Source of the DNA: Acaryochloris marina S15
GTDB taxonomy: Bacteria > Cyanobacteriota > Cyanobacteriia > Thermosynechococcales > Thermosynechococcaceae
Length of the DNA stretch: 32,000 nucleotides
Direction of reading: 5' to 3'
Assembly: GCF_018336915.1 (NCBI RefSeq)
Contig: NZ_CP064923.1
Coordinates: forward strand, 3,000,001 to 3,032,000
Shown here: piece after piece, positions 1 to 8,405 of the stretch
Position numbering within the stretch: position 1 is the first letter of the stretch
Layout: every line of letters begins with the position of its first letter
Program-made: the position numbers and the translations under genes
The notes under the pieces: generated by a model
What the model saw: the letters and a program-made list of their open reading frames with translations, nothing else
What the model was told of the DNA's origin: nothing
The model's database searches: none

Positions 1-1
1 A

Positions 2-472
2 TTCCTAGAAAACCTAGAAATGACCCAACGATTAGGGAAAGTCTTGGGCCAAATATTACCTGCGGGAAATATCTTATTGCTAGAAGGTGATTTGGGAACT
101 GGTAAGACATCCCTGATTCAGGGTTTGGGGAAGGGAATCGGTATCTCTGATGCGATCGTCAGTCCTACTTTCACATTAATTAATGAGTACCATGACGGAC
201 GAGTCCCCCTTTACCATCTAGACCTTTACCGCCTTACCCCGCAACAAGTGGATGAACTCTATCTGGAAACCTACTGGCAAGGGGTTGAAGTACCACCTGG
301 AATTGTTGCCATTGAATGGTCTGAGCGACTTCTTCATCGACCTTCTAGCTACCTATTTATCAAGTTAAACCACAAAAAAGGGGCAAGACAGGCAACCTTG
401 CAAACGGTCGGTTCTGTCCACAACTTAGGCCTAGAGCAAGTGCCATTAGCATTGAGATCTACTTCAGCCTAG
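2..472 (+). CDS. tsaE: tRNA t6A biosynthesis ATPase TsaE (YjeE family), probably 5'-partial
   Basis: Has Walker A 'GDLGTGKTS' plus the 'SPTFTL' and 'YHLDLYRL' motifs typical of TsaE/YjeE. The frame is open back to base 2 (FLENLE precedes the Met at 20). Family members usually carry 15-20 more residues before the P-loop, so the true start probably lies left of the window. Confidence 0.85.
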   Translation, partial: FLENLEMTQRLGKVLGQILPAGNILLLEGDLGTGKTSLIQGLGKGIGISDAIVSPTFTLINEYHDGRVPLYHLDLYRLTPQQVDELYLETYWQGVEVPPGIVAIEWSERLLHRPSSYLFIKLNHKKGARQATLQTVGSVHNLGLEQVPLALRSTSA

Positions 473-554
473 TACTCAAAGCTTCATGGGTTGGTTATAT
501 TGGGCTGAGAGAGAATAGCCCTTGATCAATATTTTTGTGCGGCCACAATACCGT

Positions 555-1088
555 ATGCATCAGCCCCATCAACGCCTTAATCCAAAACGCTTCTTCCGGG
601 GCACAACATCTCATCGCAAGAGAATAACTTGGAAACGGCGAGGGCGTTATATCTATTTGCGGTTTATACGGTTACAGGGAAGCCCAAATGCGATCGCACG
701 GGGACTCTCCGTTGGTGCTTTTGCTGGCATGTTCCCCATTTTTGGGTTCCAAATCTTATTTGGCATCTTTTTAGCTGCCTGTGTCCGAGGCAATAAGTTA
801 ACTGCCGCCGCCGCAACTTGGATTAGTAATCCCTTTACCTATCTGCCTCTATTTGCCTTTAATTTTCAGGTAGGGCAATGGCTTCTACAAGCCAAGAGAT
901 TTGAGTTCAATCAGCTCCAAAAGCTGAACTGGCAAGAACTCCTGGCCTTAGGACCCGGTTTTATCGCAACTTGGTTTACGGGCTGTTTTGTCATGGGATG
1001 TTTAGCCGCAATTCTGGGCTATGGTCTCGGCTTATGGTTAGTTCTACGATTGAGGCACAAATACGCTGCCCAACGTCAAAAGACCTGA
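555..1088 (+). CDS. DUF2062 family membrane protein
   Basis: A basic N-terminus is followed by 'SPNAIARGLSVGAFAGMFPIFGFQ' and further hydrophobic helices, as I recall for DUF2062. I prefer the ATG at 555 over the TTG at 522 used by the ORF track. Confidence 0.7.
   Translation: MHQPHQRLNPKRFFRGTTSHRKRITWKRRGRYIYLRFIRLQGSPNAIARGLSVGAFAGMFPIFGFQILFGIFLAACVRGNKLTAAAATWISNPFTYLPLFAFNFQVGQWLLQAKRFEFNQLQKLNWQELLALGPGFIATWFTGCFVMGCLAAILGYGLGLWLVLRLRHKYAAQRQKT
690..697. repeat. HIP1 octamer GCGATCGC (representative copy; 13 perfect copies in the window)
   Basis: Perfect copies begin at 690, 2262, 4024, 6094, 7064, 9522, 13661, 14732, 19530, 22081, 25562, 27172 and 31690. About 0.5 copies would be expected for a random 8-mer in 32 kb with equal base frequencies. 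Confidence 0.9.
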
Positions 1089-1272
1089 TATAAAGCATCT
1101 TCAACAGACCCTGGGAATTTTTGATCAACTCCCATGAACATCTTTAGCTCTACACAAACCACCCAAAATAAGTGAAGAGAAACCGGAGTAATTTCGTTTG
1201 ACTTTCTGAGAGTCTGCTACCAAAAACTTCTCAAGCATAAGATAACCGCCTCTCAGAAGGCACAAGCTCTCA

Positions 1273-1422
1273 TTAACGTCCTACGACGACTAGAAACCCC
1301 AATAACCCCAGCAACGATAGTATCAATACAAAATCAAAAGGATTAAAGTGTCCCAAACCAACGTTTGTAGAAGATAAAAGGACAAGAAAATTCTTTAAAC
1401 CAAAATCAAGACAATATGCCAT
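1273..1422 (-). CDS. Candidate small membrane protein (49 aa), not in the ORF track
   Basis: My translation of the minus strand is MAYCLDFGLKNFLVLLSSTNVGLGHFNPFDFVLILSLLGLLGFLVVVGR*. The ATG is preceded by 'AGGAG' with a 7-nt spacer (ctAGGAGattattcATG). The C-terminal 20 residues form a clear hydrophobic helix ending in GR. I recognise no family. Confidence 0.35.
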   Translation of the reverse strand: MAYCLDFGLKNFLVLLSSTNVGLGHFNPFDFVLILSLLGLLGFLVVVGR

Positions 1423-1639
1423 GAATAATCTCCTAGAACGGGTTCAAGTCTTTGGGTGCTAGAGTAGCATTTCTATGGCATCAAAGCTCCCCAAGGTCCT
1501 TGCATAGAAGTATTTCAAGCTTGTTTGCTTAAGAATAGAGGCTTTCCTAATGGGTACAGCACAGATCATCTACCTTCTACCTGGAAAGCCGGGAACTTGA
1601 CTCCACAAATCGACCCAACTCAATCAGTACGCAAGATCC

Positions 1640-1677
1640 AAAAAAGCTCTCCACCCAAGGTGCATCTTAGGTGGAGA
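1640..1677 (-). terminator. Rho-independent terminator of the SDR gene
   Basis: On the minus strand, TCTCCACC (1677-1670) pairs with GGTGGAGA (1655-1648), and an inner AAG/CTT pairing extends the stem. It is followed by GCTTTTTTGG and starts 22 nt after the stop codon at 1700. Confidence 0.75.
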
Positions 1678-1699
1678 TACAAGCTAGAGAAATTTCAGC

Positions 1700-2464
1700 C
1701 TATAAACCCGGTGTGGTTTGGGCAAAAAGAGCTGCAAAATCTGAGGTGGGGGGTGCTTCACCTTCCTCTCGGGTGACGACATCAAAGGCTTTATTCTGGG
1801 CGTTGGGCTCTAGCAAAGCCTTAACCACCACTTCAGCTACATCTGCTCGGGGAAGCTTATGGGGCATATTGCAATCTGGGATAAAGAATGAATCGTCTTT
1901 ACCGACAATAATTTCGCGGTGGCTTCCCCGCTCATCAATGAGTCCACCGGCTCGAACAATGGTGTAAGTGATGCCTGAATCAATCAGATATTGTTCAGTC
2001 CGTCGCTTCCAAATCAGGATATTGCCATTACCCAGGGTGTTGAGATAGTGATTTTCATCCGTCCCCCCCATCGAACCCACAATGACGATATGTTTCACGC
2101 CTGCAGCTACCGCCGCATCAATCACGTTTTTATGGCCGTTATAGTCAACGTCTTCAGGGTAGCCCCCTTGCGGAAATTCAAATTCGGGCCTTTGTCCGGG
2201 CTGGGGCGGACCTTTCATCACGGGTGCAGCACTAGATAAGATTACCAAGGCATCACAATCTGCGATCGCAGAATCAATACTGGCCCGATCAGTAATATCT
2301 CCTACCACCACACCGTCCAAAGAGCCCAGCTTTTTCTGCGCTTTCACTTCAGAACGGACCAAGCCAACCACGTCGAATTCATCGGCACGTTCGCGGAGTT
2401 TGTGCACCACAATCGAGCCGGTTTGTCCCGTTGCCCCAGTTACCAATACTTTTTTAGTCGCCAT
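1700..2464 (-). CDS. NAD(P)-binding atypical SDR, plant At5g02240-like family
   Basis: Has the Rossmann motif 'VLVTGATGQTGS'. It is collinear with my recollection of Arabidopsis At5g02240 ('DALVILSSA', 'VKHIVIVGSMGG', 'LGNGNILIWKRRTEQYL', 'YTIVRAGGL', 'PRADVAEV', 'NKAFD'). Confidence 0.85.
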   Translation of the reverse strand: MATKKVLVTGATGQTGSIVVHKLRERADEFDVVGLVRSEVKAQKKLGSLDGVVVGDITDRASIDSAIADCDALVILSSAAPVMKGPPQPGQRPEFEFPQGGYPEDVDYNGHKNVIDAAVAAGVKHIVIVGSMGGTDENHYLNTLGNGNILIWKRRTEQYLIDSGITYTIVRAGGLIDERGSHREIIVGKDDSFFIPDCNMPHKLPRADVAEVVVKALLEPNAQNKAFDVVTREEGEAPPTSDFAALFAQTTPGL

Positions 2465-2535
2465 AGCTTCTGAACTCTGTCTATTTAAGAGTGACCAACT
2501 TGTCTCTCCTTGACTTTATCAGAAGCTGATCAGCA

Positions 2536-2566
2536 GATTCGCTAAGGGCGAATCCCAGGGCGAATC
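2536..2566. promoter_or_regulatory. Direct repeat plus inverted copy upstream of the SDR gene
   Basis: AGGGCGAATC occurs at 2545-2554 and again at 2557-2566, a 12-nt period. GATTCGC at 2536-2542 is the reverse complement of the GCGAATC core. The element lies 72-102 nt upstream of the SDR start codon at 2464. Confidence 0.4.
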
Positions 2567-2598
2567 TATAAATTATTTCTGATCAGTGGTGATGGATC

Positions 2599-2620
2599 CC
2601 TAGGCCATCAATGGCCTAGG
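2599..2620. repeat. Perfect 10-bp inverted repeat (CCTAGGCCAT ca ATGGCCTAGG)
   Basis: Read directly from the sequence. It lies between the stop of the 2709-3470 gene and the SDR promoter region. No T-tract follows on the minus strand, so it is not a canonical intrinsic terminator. Confidence 0.6.
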
Positions 2621-2708
2621 AGAGAAATAGAAGCATATATGAAAGCAGATTCAAAAAATTCAGCCAAGGTTCAAGCCTGATTTAACTTCAGCAGACCTCT
2701 GGAAAGAG

Positions 2709-3470
2709 TTATCTAAACTCAGTCGGAATTACCGTCGAAATGGCCGCTTCACTGAGCATTAGGGAAGTTACCTCTACTACATTATTCATATTATTTCGAG
2801 GTTTCACTTGACGGGCTTTCTTATGAAAGTCATTACTATTAGGCCAAAGAAAAACATTGAACTTTCGATTGCCAAGTTTTTGCTTATATTTCAAGGTTCT
2901 CTTAGAAGCCAAACTAGTAACCGCATTTAGTCGATCTGCCAATCCCATACATCGTCGGAGGGTACTTGGGGTATAACATTGCACATCAACTTGATTACAG
3001 CCCCGGGCAGGTAACTGTTTAGCTTGAAAAGGCTGAATACTACAGTAAATTGGCTTGGTATAAGCCGATCGAAGCTCAACAAAATCTTTTGCGGAATAGT
3101 GCTTGAAGTAGTGATCATCTACTTGAAGACCATCCGTATGCTTTGCCTCATTGATCAGTTGTGATACCGTTAGGGATCGCAACTGTGGCGACTGAATCCA
3201 CACCACGGGCTTCAGTTGGTTGTCCCGAGCAGCTTGACTGACCTTTTGTTGAACGTCATCTGAGACATTCCGATAATCCAGAAAAACAACCTTATACTTT
3301 TGCTGTTTAATCTTGGCCATTGCCTCAGTCAACGTATTGGAAGAGACATGGTATCGAATTTGAGGTTGTGAGAGCCATGTGCCTGTGGGAGCCGCATGGG
3401 CAACTTGAGGCGCGACAAACAGAGCAGAAGAAAATAGTAGGCTTTTTAGGGGTAGTTTATAGTTAGGCAT
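2709..3470 (-). CDS. Secreted hypothetical protein, possibly a divergent GHL10/DUF187-like glycosyl-hydrolase-like fold
   Basis: The N-terminal signal peptide ends in 'VAHA-AP'. The motif 'TDGLQVDDHYF' weakly resembles the 'DGxQxDDHF' motif I recall from the glycosyl-hydrolase-like 10 family. The protein is K/N/Q-rich. Sampled lines give 30-45% GC, below neighbouring genes. Confidence 0.6.
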   Translation of the reverse strand: MPNYKLPLKSLLFSSALFVAPQVAHAAPTGTWLSQPQIRYHVSSNTLTEAMAKIKQQKYKVVFLDYRNVSDDVQQKVSQAARDNQLKPVVWIQSPQLRSLTVSQLINEAKHTDGLQVDDHYFKHYSAKDFVELRSAYTKPIYCSIQPFQAKQLPARGCNQVDVQCYTPSTLRRCMGLADRLNAVTSLASKRTLKYKQKLGNRKFNVFLWPNSNDFHKKARQVKPRNNMNNVVEVTSLMLSEAAISTVIPTEFR

Positions 3471-3903
3471 CAGATAAAAATTATTATATATTCAGCTACA
3501 GTAGACAGAGGCTAAAAAGAGAGATTTTTCATCAATAATTCAATATTTCAAGCTCAATAAACCAATAGATTTTTGCGAGAAATTCGAAACCCGAATTCTC
3601 CAAAACCAAGCATGAAATAGTCACCTGATCTCTATCCACAGAACAACAGAGATACTAGGTTGAGCAAATTTTTTAGAACTATTCTTAGAAGGCCATTTCC
3701 TGATACTCCTAGAAACAGTTAATCATCACCATTTAGAATCTTATGAGTTTGAACTCAACAAAACATAAATACCTTAGCTGATGATTAAGTTCCTAGGGTT
3801 GTATCCTATTTAATTTGTCTTTTAATCATTAATCAATTAGCAAAAATCATTCGTTGTCGGCTTGACCACCAAAAATAAATCTTTGCTCACAAAAGACTTA
3901 GAA

Positions 3904-4206
3904 TTAACGAGGTTGTTGTACTTGAATAAAATCACCCCGAATCCATCCTCGGGCACCAGAAGCGAATTCAACGTGGTACCAGTAATAACCATCGTTGCCC
4001 GTTGTAGATTCAATCACCTGTACGCGATCGCCTACCAATCCATAATGAGGGGAGTAGGATGAGGTGCTTGGGCCAGAACGCACATTCACTCGACTTCCTG
4101 GCTGAGCCCCTACTAGGTAGGCAGGTGCAGCAAGTGCTGGAACGGCAGCTAGGATTGACAAGAAAGAAATTGAAGCAAAAGAGAGAAGTGATCGGGTAAG
4201 TTTCAT
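3904..4206 (-). CDS. Secreted SH3 domain-containing protein (bacterial SH3_3 type)
   Basis: The signal peptide ends in 'ALA-AP'. It is followed by 'VNVRSGPSTSS...GDRVQVIE...DGYYWYHVEF..GARGWIRGDFI', the typical bacterial SH3 pattern. Confidence 0.75.
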   Translation of the reverse strand: MKLTRSLLSFASISFLSILAAVPALAAPAYLVGAQPGSRVNVRSGPSTSSYSPHYGLVGDRVQVIESTTGNDGYYWYHVEFASGARGWIRGDFIQVQQPR

Positions 4207-4444
4207 CTACTTTAGAAAAAGTCTGCATGTGTCCACGTTCTTCTAATTTAATCCTGAGAAATAAAGTCGTCGTCAGTGAGAATGCGTAACTTAGCTATAA
4301 TCAGAACATATAGTATCTAAGTAGCAAATATTTATTATTTTTTCGTAGATAAATGTTTTTAAGGTGTGATTTGCCTTTAATATCCATATTTTAGGTACTA
4401 AACCATTTCAGGTAAACAATTTTTTCTAGGTAGAGGTTATAAAG

Positions 4445-4951
4445 ATGCTTGCCGCAACCAGCTATCCTGCACCTTGGGGAGTTTCGTTAAAAGCCATCTC
4501 TGGAGGAATAACACTGCTGCTGATCGGCATAGCTGTTATTGGTCTACTCACGGGACCCAAAAGCAACTGGATTTGGATCCTCAGTATGGTAGTTATCCCT
4601 CTCGGCATCTTGTTAATTACGGCTTTGTTTACAGTTCGAGGCTATGTCCTTACGCCTGATGCTCTGCTTGTGAAGCGCTTAGTCTGGAATACGGAAATAC
4701 CATTACAAGGGCTACAGACGATTGAAGCCGATTCTAATGCCATGGAAGGCTCTTTCAAAACAATGGGGAACGGAGGTTTGTTCAGTTTCTCAGGTTCCTT
4801 TCGCAATAAACGCTTAGGGGCCTATCGAGCTTTGGCCACCGATATGCGGCGATGCGTTGTCCTCAAGTTCGATCAAAAGGTGATTGTTATTACGCCTGAC
4901 AAACCTCAAGCATTCGTCAATCAGGTCAAGGCAATAAAGGGCATGACTTAA
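4445..4951 (+). CDS. Membrane protein with a bacterial PH (bPH_2/YdbT-like) domain
   Basis: Two N-terminal TM helices are followed by 'RGYVLTPDALLVKRLVWNTEIPLQGLQTIE', which resembles the bPH_2 core. Confidence 0.6.
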   Translation: MLAATSYPAPWGVSLKAISGGITLLLIGIAVIGLLTGPKSNWIWILSMVVIPLGILLITALFTVRGYVLTPDALLVKRLVWNTEIPLQGLQTIEADSNAMEGSFKTMGNGGLFSFSGSFRNKRLGAYRALATDMRRCVVLKFDQKVIVITPDKPQAFVNQVKAIKGMT

Positions 4952-4967
4952 AGATGGTTTTAAAATT

Positions 4968-6185
4968 CTAATCCGCCAAGACTTGCAACACAGCTTTAGG
5001 TGCAAGCTTATCTTTGAACCACACCAATCGAGCTGGGGTATTGCTGAAATTGACGCCTGCTTTATCTAGGTTGAGTCGTTCAGAAATCGCTAAAATCAAG
5101 TCTGATCGATCAGCCTGTTGCACCTGAGAGAATTTCTTTTTTAAATACTCGGGCCGCCAATACCCCACTATCTCTAGTAGAAATGTCCGACCATCCGGGT
5201 GAACTAGGCGGAAGTCTGGAATCATGACGCTTCCCGGAATCGGAATCAGATCAATTTCTCGCTCTAGCTTCCACTCCGTTTTAGTCTTCTGCCATCGTTC
5301 GGCAAAGCTGGCTTCCAGCATACTGTCATAGGGCTTACCCGGTGGATAGTGACTGACCAAACCACATTCAGAATCAAGGGCAAATCGACTGGTTCGTTGT
5401 TGTTTGGAATAGGTGTCTTTGCTGGTTAAGGTTGCAGACAGGCTCCACTTCGTCACATGCAGTAATGCTGGCAGCAACTTTGCTAAAGCTAAGCCATAGC
5501 GGGTGCTAGCACTAAATACACTGGCAGGCCCATCAATTTTGAGGGTAAATCCTTGATCAGCATCGCCCTCGATATAGGCCATTAGACAAAACAGCTTCAG
5601 ATAGCGAAATAGAAGCTTATACTCTCCGGGGTCATTCCGATGGGCATTGATGATAATTTGAGTTGCTTTGTAAAAAACGCCTTGAACCTGAGATAAGTTA
5701 TAGCGGTGTAGCAACGCTTCAGGGGTAGGGGCATCAAAGGCAGTCAAGATTTGATTGTCTGGTCGATCGGCATAAAGCCCTTCTTGGATTTGAATCGCAC
5801 TAACGTCTCGCTCTAGCTCTTGGCTCAAGTTAACGGCTAGTCGTTCTAGAGTCTGGGTTGTCGCTTGAGGACTTGGCACTGACTGGGCAGACAGAGAAAA
5901 GACTCGCTGCCGCAACATGGGTGGATCGAGGGGACTAATGACTTCAAAGGTGGAAAAGCCACTGGATAAAAGATGGGCCAGTCCCCGCTTCACCCGATAG
6001 TCTGTTCCATCTCCTTCAAGATCTAGTAACTGCTGACTGAGTTCGCCTCGGGTTTGATTGCAGGCCGCGTTAAAACAATCGATGGCTTCTGTTGCGATCG
6101 CAACATTCCCCGCATTCACCGCCAGCCGTTTTGGAATAATCGCTTCACCCTGATAGTGATGCATCAGTAAGTCAGAAGGCAACAT
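4968..6185 (-). CDS. DUF790 family endonuclease (Bax1-like)
   Basis: The N-terminus 'MLPSDLL....IIPKRL' and the C-terminal 'IPDFRLVHPDGRTFLLEIVGYWRPEYLKKKF' match the DUF790/Bax1 pattern I recall (PDF...EivGfWtpeYl). The ~400 aa length fits. The ATG is 3 nt after the upstream LRR stop (TAGGACATG), with GAGG 8 nt upstream. Confidence 0.75.
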   Translation of the reverse strand: MLPSDLLMHHYQGEAIIPKRLAVNAGNVAIATEAIDCFNAACNQTRGELSQQLLDLEGDGTDYRVKRGLAHLLSSGFSTFEVISPLDPPMLRQRVFSLSAQSVPSPQATTQTLERLAVNLSQELERDVSAIQIQEGLYADRPDNQILTAFDAPTPEALLHRYNLSQVQGVFYKATQIIINAHRNDPGEYKLLFRYLKLFCLMAYIEGDADQGFTLKIDGPASVFSASTRYGLALAKLLPALLHVTKWSLSATLTSKDTYSKQQRTSRFALDSECGLVSHYPPGKPYDSMLEASFAERWQKTKTEWKLEREIDLIPIPGSVMIPDFRLVHPDGRTFLLEIVGYWRPEYLKKKFSQVQQADRSDLILAISERLNLDKAGVNFSNTPARLVWFKDKLAPKAVLQVLAD

Positions 6186-6188
6186 GTC

Positions 6189-7412
6189 CTAACCCTCAAC
6201 ACTTTTTCGCAAATAGTCTTTAACTGCCCTAGCCCCTCGCTCCCACTGCACATCTAGCTCAGATCTAAGGGGATTATTGGATAGATCAAGGGTTTTGAGA
6301 TGGTCTAGCTTCCCTAAAGAAGGGGGGAGATCCGTCAAATTGTTGTGGCTCACATTCAGACTCTTTAACTGAGTCAGTTCCCCTATCCAATGGGGTAATG
6401 CCCTTAACTCACAAGCTACAAACGTCAGTTGTTCCAATAAGCGGCAACCCCGTAGTTCCGATGGAAACGCTTGCAAAGGAACGGGTTGGTCTGGGTCTAG
6501 ATTGAAAATTAGCTGCTTAAGATTGTGGAGTTTACCGATAGATTCTGGCAGCTGACGAATGCTATTGCCAGCAATGCCCAAACTAGCCAAGGCCACTAAG
6601 TGACCAAAGGATTCGGGAAGATGGGTGAGCTGATTGTTATAGGCCAACAATGAGGTCAAATTCACTAAACTGCAAATTTGCGGTGGCAAAGATTGAAGTT
6701 GATTAGATTGAATATCCAAACTTGTAAGTTGATGAATTGAGCCCAAGGCTGTGGGTAATTCAGTCAACTGGTTAAAAGACAGGTCCAAGGAACGCAATTC
6801 CGCCAATGTCCCCAACCATGCCGGGAGAGTCTCCAGATGATTAAAAGCAAGGTTCAGAGATGCCAATCCCTGAAGAGATTTCCAGATAGTCGGGATTTCA
6901 TGGAGTCCGGTACTGGCAACTTCAAGAGATCGTAACCCCGTCAACAATCCCAACTCCTCTGGCCACTGGGCAATGGGATTGTAGGAAAGCTGCAATTCTT
7001 TGAGGGTTTCCAGCTTCCCGATGGAAGAGGGCAAATGAACCAGTTGATTGGATGTTAGATTTAGCGATCGCAACTGTGATAATGCACCTATAAATTCCGG
7101 GAGTTCCACAAGGGCATTTCCCGTGAGATCCAGCGATCTCAACTGGGTTAAATCCCCCAGAACCTCCGTTAGGATAGGCAGATGGTTACGGGCTAAGTCC
7201 AACCCTTGGAGCTGAGTTAATCGCCCCAAGGATTTGGGCAGTCGCATCAGTTCATTTTCAGATAGGTAAAGAGATTTCAACTGAGAGAGGGAACCAATCG
7301 ACTCTGGTAACTCACTCAACCCAATATCACTTAAATCTAGCTCCGTTGCTCCTTCAAGACGAGCAATATCTATCAGCCTCTCGGCTTCTCGATAGGCCGA
7401 ATTTTTTTCCAT
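6189..7412 (-). CDS. Stand-alone leucine-rich repeat protein (~16 repeats of 23 aa, Roco-type LRR module)
   Basis: About 16 consecutive 23-residue units of the form LxxLxLxxNxLxxLPxxIGxLxx, for example 'LKSLYLSENELMRLPKSLGRLTQ' and 'LRSLDLSFNQLTELPTALGSIHQ'. The N-terminal cap is 'AYREAERLIDIARLEGATELDLS' and the C-terminal end is 'NPLRSEL...AVKDYL'. There is no P-loop or Roc-COR. Confidence 0.9.
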   Translation of the reverse strand: MEKNSAYREAERLIDIARLEGATELDLSDIGLSELPESIGSLSQLKSLYLSENELMRLPKSLGRLTQLQGLDLARNHLPILTEVLGDLTQLRSLDLTGNALVELPEFIGALSQLRSLNLTSNQLVHLPSSIGKLETLKELQLSYNPIAQWPEELGLLTGLRSLEVASTGLHEIPTIWKSLQGLASLNLAFNHLETLPAWLGTLAELRSLDLSFNQLTELPTALGSIHQLTSLDIQSNQLQSLPPQICSLVNLTSLLAYNNQLTHLPESFGHLVALASLGIAGNSIRQLPESIGKLHNLKQLIFNLDPDQPVPLQAFPSELRGCRLLEQLTFVACELRALPHWIGELTQLKSLNVSHNNLTDLPPSLGKLDHLKTLDLSNNPLRSELDVQWERGARAVKDYLRKSVEG

Positions 7413-7474
7413 TACTTCTGATATCTAAGCCCTTTAACCGGAAAAAACACTGCCTCTCAAGAATCATCAATAGG

Positions 7475-8017
7475 CTATTGCTCTATTAATGCTTTGAGAT
7501 TCCCTAACCCCGCTTCATAATCTTGCCCCACAGCACTATCCAGAACAAACCGAAGGTAGGAACTAACAGGCTTCATTAAAGGAGGCACCCCCGCACTCAT
7601 ATCTGTATCTAGGGACCAGGCAACCAGCGTACCATTGTCCTGAGGCGTCAATTGTAACGCTGCATCCGCAGTTCCCTGTGGTCCAAAATCTAGATGGGTC
7701 TGGATATAGCTGGGCTCAGTCATAGCTGTAACTTCTTGAGTACCCGTCCCCACCATCGGATCCTCACTTTGCCAGTGCATCGTCTGCCCTACACCATTTC
7801 CCTCAATCGTTAAAGCCATATCGGGATCCATTTTTGCCCAGGGGGACCAAGCAGACCACTCTGATAAATCACTGACAATGGGGAAAATGGCAGCTGGAGA
7901 CGCATTGATTAAGATATTTCGTTCAACATGCACTTCGCTAGGAAGGATCAAGCCTCCTATCACCACCAGTAAAAACAGCCCTATCAGTCCACCAATCACA
8001 TTTCTGAAGATAGCCAT
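7475..8017 (-). CDS. Membrane-anchored SRPBCC (polyketide cyclase/dehydrase-like) family protein
   Basis: An N-terminal TM helix 'IGGLIGLFLLVVIGGLIL' is followed by 'VERNILINASPAAIFPIVSDLSEWSAWSPW', typical of the SRPBCC/START-like fold. Confidence 0.7.
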   Translation of the reverse strand: MAIFRNVIGGLIGLFLLVVIGGLILPSEVHVERNILINASPAAIFPIVSDLSEWSAWSPWAKMDPDMALTIEGNGVGQTMHWQSEDPMVGTGTQEVTAMTEPSYIQTHLDFGPQGTADAALQLTPQDNGTLVAWSLDTDMSAGVPPLMKPVSSYLRFVLDSAVGQDYEAGLGNLKALIEQ

Positions 8018-8405
8018 AACCGAGGGATCTCCTAGATTGTCTATTCGCTTTCAGTGTAAAAAGAGAATACAGAATTCGAATCAAGATTGAACATTGTTTT
8101 AAGCCCTCAAGATTACTAATCGTTACAATTCATACGCAGGAATAATATAGAAGGGCATGATTTAGTTTAGAACCTCACTTTGGGTATGAAAGTGAGCTAT
8201 AACCTGCTAGGGATAGATGATTGCTTGACTACATAAGGAGTGATAAACAACACCTTCTCTTGTGACGCACATCATATTTTTCATCTAGCGTAAATTATAT
8301 TCTTAATTTCAGTGAGCCACAGCCCAGGAACAATCTGGTCGAGGCCACGACACAAAGCCTAAGCAAACACTAATTCTTTACCCCCCTGCATTGAAGGAGA
8401 CTCCT

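Noticed and set aside
1438-1456. A 'GGTTCAAGTC' string resembling a tRNA T-arm/loop, which might be a tRNA or an att-site remnant.
   Set aside because: The flanking bases cannot form the 5-bp T-stem (ACGGG versus CTTTG). No acceptor or anticodon arms can be drawn.
1525-2239. Plus-strand ORFs of 83, 98 and 82 aa overlapping the SDR gene and its terminator region.
   Set aside because: The opposite strand encodes a full-length protein with a clear Rossmann motif and strong family resemblance. The plus-strand products have no recognisable features.
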